8,089 nt of DNA from Verrucomicrobia bacterium UBA3869. Its GTDB lineage: Bacteria; Verrucomicrobiota; Verrucomicrobiia; Opitutales; UBA9783. This document shows, in pieces, positions 6,177 to 8,089 of the stretch. The stretch is taken from positions 1 through 8,089 of the forward strand of contig DGGR01000008.1 of assembly GCA_002392285.1 (NCBI GenBank). Direction: 5' to 3'. The notes beneath the pieces are model-generated. The model searched no databases. It was not told the DNA's origin and saw only the letters and a program-made list of their open reading frames with translations. Both the position numbers and the translations under genes were made by a program. Position 1 is the stretch's first letter. Each line of letters starts with the position of its first letter.

Positions 6177-7100
6177 GTGGATACTGTTCCCCGTATCGTT
6201 TTTTGTGCCTCATCGGATATAACCTTTCCTTGCTTGGATTATTTGCAGAGTAATCCGGCAGTGCATTTATGTGGGATTTTAACGCAACCGAGCCGGGCGA
6301 AGGGTCGTGGGCAGGTTGTTAGCTTGAATGTAGTAGGGCAATGGGCGCGGCAGCATAGTGTTCCTTTTTATCCTGCCGATCGTATGGATGAAGCAACCCT
6401 GCAGTGGGTTAGCGATTTATCGCCAGATGCAGTATTGGTAATGGCTTTTGGGCATATCTTGCCTCAACGCTTTTTGTCCATTCCACCACTGGGTACGTGG
6501 AACCTCCATGTATCGTTGTTGCCGAAGTACCGAGGGGCTTCTCCTATCCAAACTGCTTTGTTAAATGGGGATAGGGAAACAGGCGTGACCTTTATGCGTC
6601 TGGTACCCAAATTAGATGCAGGGCCGTATTTATTGCAGGAAACGGTATCGATTGAGCCTCAGGACACGAGTATTACTTTGGGCGAAAAATTGGCACATAA
6701 GAGTGCTGAAGTGTTGGCAAAAACGCTTCCGATGTTAAGTCCATCGGTTAATTGCATCCCGCAGGTCGATAGCCAAGCAACGTTTTGCAAAAAGATTTCG
6801 AAAGCCGATGGTGCGTTGGATTTTAATCAACCGGCGGTTATTTTAGAGCGCCAAATTCGTGCTTTTCAACCCTGGCCAGGTTCGTACTTCTTTAAAGATG
6901 GAATTCGATATAAGGTGCTTCAGGCGCATTTAGCTGATGCGACAACCCGTTGTGTATCCGGAACTTTTATCGTTAATGCTCAGCGCACAGCTCTAACGAT
7001 TGCTACCGCTGATGGTTATTTGGCAATCGATAGGATTCAAAAAGCGTGCGAACGACCAATGCCCATCGTTGACTTTTTACGCGGGCATCCACAATTTTAA
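6177..7100 (+). CDS. fmt: Methionyl-tRNA formyltransferase
   Basis: 307-aa ORF with a GTG start at 6177. AGGG (6167-6170), overlapping the kdsA stop codon, lies 6 nt upstream. The catalytic block NLHVSLLPKYRGASPIQTALLNGD.ETGVT.M and the following LDAGP conserve the Asn/His/Asp triad of Fmt. The C-terminal beta-barrel domain region is present (FNQPA..RQIRAFQPWPG). Confidence 0.9.
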   Translation: MDTVPRIVFCASSDITFPCLDYLQSNPAVHLCGILTQPSRAKGRGQVVSLNVVGQWARQHSVPFYPADRMDEATLQWVSDLSPDAVLVMAFGHILPQRFLSIPPLGTWNLHVSLLPKYRGASPIQTALLNGDRETGVTFMRLVPKLDAGPYLLQETVSIEPQDTSITLGEKLAHKSAEVLAKTLPMLSPSVNCIPQVDSQATFCKKISKADGALDFNQPAVILERQIRAFQPWPGSYFFKDGIRYKVLQAHLADATTRCVSGTFIVNAQRTALTIATADGYLAIDRIQKACERPMPIVDFLRGHPQF

Positions 7101-7105
7101 CGCCC

Positions 7106-8065
7106 CTAGAAGGATCTCCCTACGCCGATATAGACCTGGTCGGAATGGAGGTTAGCCAATTTGGGGATGGTATAGCCGTACAACTTAGCGCCGAACATCT
7201 GATGCAAGCCGATATGACGGTAACCGACTTCGAACAGCGTTTCAAACTGCTCGGCACGTACAAACAGGGTAAAGTTATAGAGCAACGAACCGGAATGGAC
7301 GTACTTATGATTTTGATTAGGCTTATAGCTACCGCCATACCAAATATAGTGGTTGTGAGCATTACCATCTTGCACAATATCCAATAGTTCCCATTTTTCA
7401 AGCGTTGTGAATTTGGTACAGACATAAGCGCCACCGATACCACCACCAATACCAGCGGATAACCAATCTAAAAGATACTGTTCCCAATAGATATTGGCTT
7501 GTGCACCCACGATCCGTTGATTTTTTAGATACATCGGGATGACATGAGCCATATTCCTACCCTCCACCTTTTTATATTCCACCATAAGAAAGTCGGGGCG
7601 TGGTAGATTTACATGATCCATATGATCATCATAATGGTCTTGAGGGCCTGCTAAGCGAATCTCAACCAACTCCCGGTTGTTGCTATCATAACGCACATAG
7701 GCACCCAAGATTTCTACTTCGATTCCTAAAGCCCCTATGTCGAAGATATCAAAACGTCCCCCGAGCGCTACCGATAGGTTTTTGTGACCTTTGTACTCAA
7801 AGCGTCCTGACGTACACGTATTATTGCGCACGAATGTAGTCGCACCTGCAACAAAATTAAGGTCGTCCTCGTCTGGCCCAAATGGGTTACCCCAATCCGT
7901 AGCAGTCCACGTTGGCAACGTCCCTTGCTGTTTATTGAAGCTTCCGACATCCTCCCCCTTTAGCTCTCCAAACCCGGATCGTACCATAACGTACAACCCA
8001 TAAACAGGGGAAGTCATCCCTAAGGCAATGCTTAGAGCTATTAATAGACCTATCCTTTTAGTCAT
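7106..8065 (-). CDS. Putative outer-membrane beta-barrel protein with N-terminal signal peptide; family not recognised
   Basis: 319-aa ORF. The N-terminus MTKRIGLLIALSIALGMTSPVYG has a basic n-region plus a hydrophobic h-region. The protein shows alternating hydrophobic/polar beta-strand-like segments and Gly/aromatic-rich girdles (GIGGGIGGAYV). The C-terminus YIGVGRSF ends in Phe, the classic OMP beta-signal. I recognised no enzymatic motifs. Confidence 0.6.
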   Translation of the reverse strand: MTKRIGLLIALSIALGMTSPVYGLYVMVRSGFGELKGEDVGSFNKQQGTLPTWTATDWGNPFGPDEDDLNFVAGATTFVRNNTCTSGRFEYKGHKNLSVALGGRFDIFDIGALGIEVEILGAYVRYDSNNRELVEIRLAGPQDHYDDHMDHVNLPRPDFLMVEYKKVEGRNMAHVIPMYLKNQRIVGAQANIYWEQYLLDWLSAGIGGGIGGAYVCTKFTTLEKWELLDIVQDGNAHNHYIWYGGSYKPNQNHKYVHSGSLLYNFTLFVRAEQFETLFEVGYRHIGLHQMFGAKLYGYTIPKLANLHSDQVYIGVGRSF

Positions 8066-8089
8066 TTCCTTATAAGGCGTTTCCTTATA
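8066..8089 (-). promoter_or_regulatory. Direct repeat TTCCTTATA x2 and 10-bp perfect palindrome CCTTATAAGG abutting the OMP start codon (truncated by the window edge)
   Basis: ttccttata occurs at 8066-8074 and 8081-8089, a 15-bp period. CCTTATAAGG at 8068-8077 is self-complementary. On the minus strand this reads TATAAGGAAACGCCTTATAAGGAA-ATG, so the AAGGAA overlaps any ribosome-binding region. Its function is unknown. Confidence 0.25.

Noticed and set aside
7120-8003. ORFs overlapping the OMP gene (7120-7449 -, 7145-7387 +, 7600-7839 +, 7768-7950 -, 7791-8003 +)
   Set aside because: These are alternative frames of the same region. Only the 7106-8065 frame yields a signal peptide, beta-strand periodicity and a C-terminal Phe.

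Overview
Densely coding 8.1-kb bacterial chromosomal window of mostly housekeeping genes. In order: (-) the first 164 codons of a DEAD-box RNA helicase that runs off the left edge and is absent from the ORF track; (+) a stand-alone pntAA-type transhydrogenase dI subunit; a 277-bp spacer; (+) glycogen phosphorylase glgP; (+) an AT-rich class I SAM-dependent methyltransferase of unknown substrate; (+) Cys-type (metal-dependent class) kdsA; (+) fmt with a GTG start 8 nt after kdsA; and (-) a convergent outer-membrane beta-barrel protein with a signal peptide. I saw no tRNA, rRNA, CRISPR array, IS or transposase, integrase, toxin-antitoxin pair or recognisable defence operon, and I cannot support a novel multi-gene system here. 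Observations worth a second look: (1) the pntAA-glgP spacer holds a frameshifted, decayed copy of the last ~36 codons of the OMP gene found 5.3 kb away, which implies an OMP paralog family and a past rearrangement; (2) pntAA has no pntAB or pntB partner next to it; (3) the methyltransferase is a compositional outlier, about 37% GC by my hand count against 45-57% in sampled neighbouring lines, it sits between glgP and kdsA, and it carries an in-frame G8 tract and a polybasic Cys-containing tail; (4) fmt and the OMP gene converge with 5 nt between their stop codons; (5) there are short repeat or palindrome motifs at the glgP and OMP 5' regions. The gene content (Cys-type KdsA, glgP, fmt not linked to def, several starts with weak or no SD) would fit a Chlamydiae/PVC-like or other non-gammaproteobacterial Gram-negative, but I cannot assign the lineage from this sequence. 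The nested and antisense ORFs in the track are treated as shadow ORFs.
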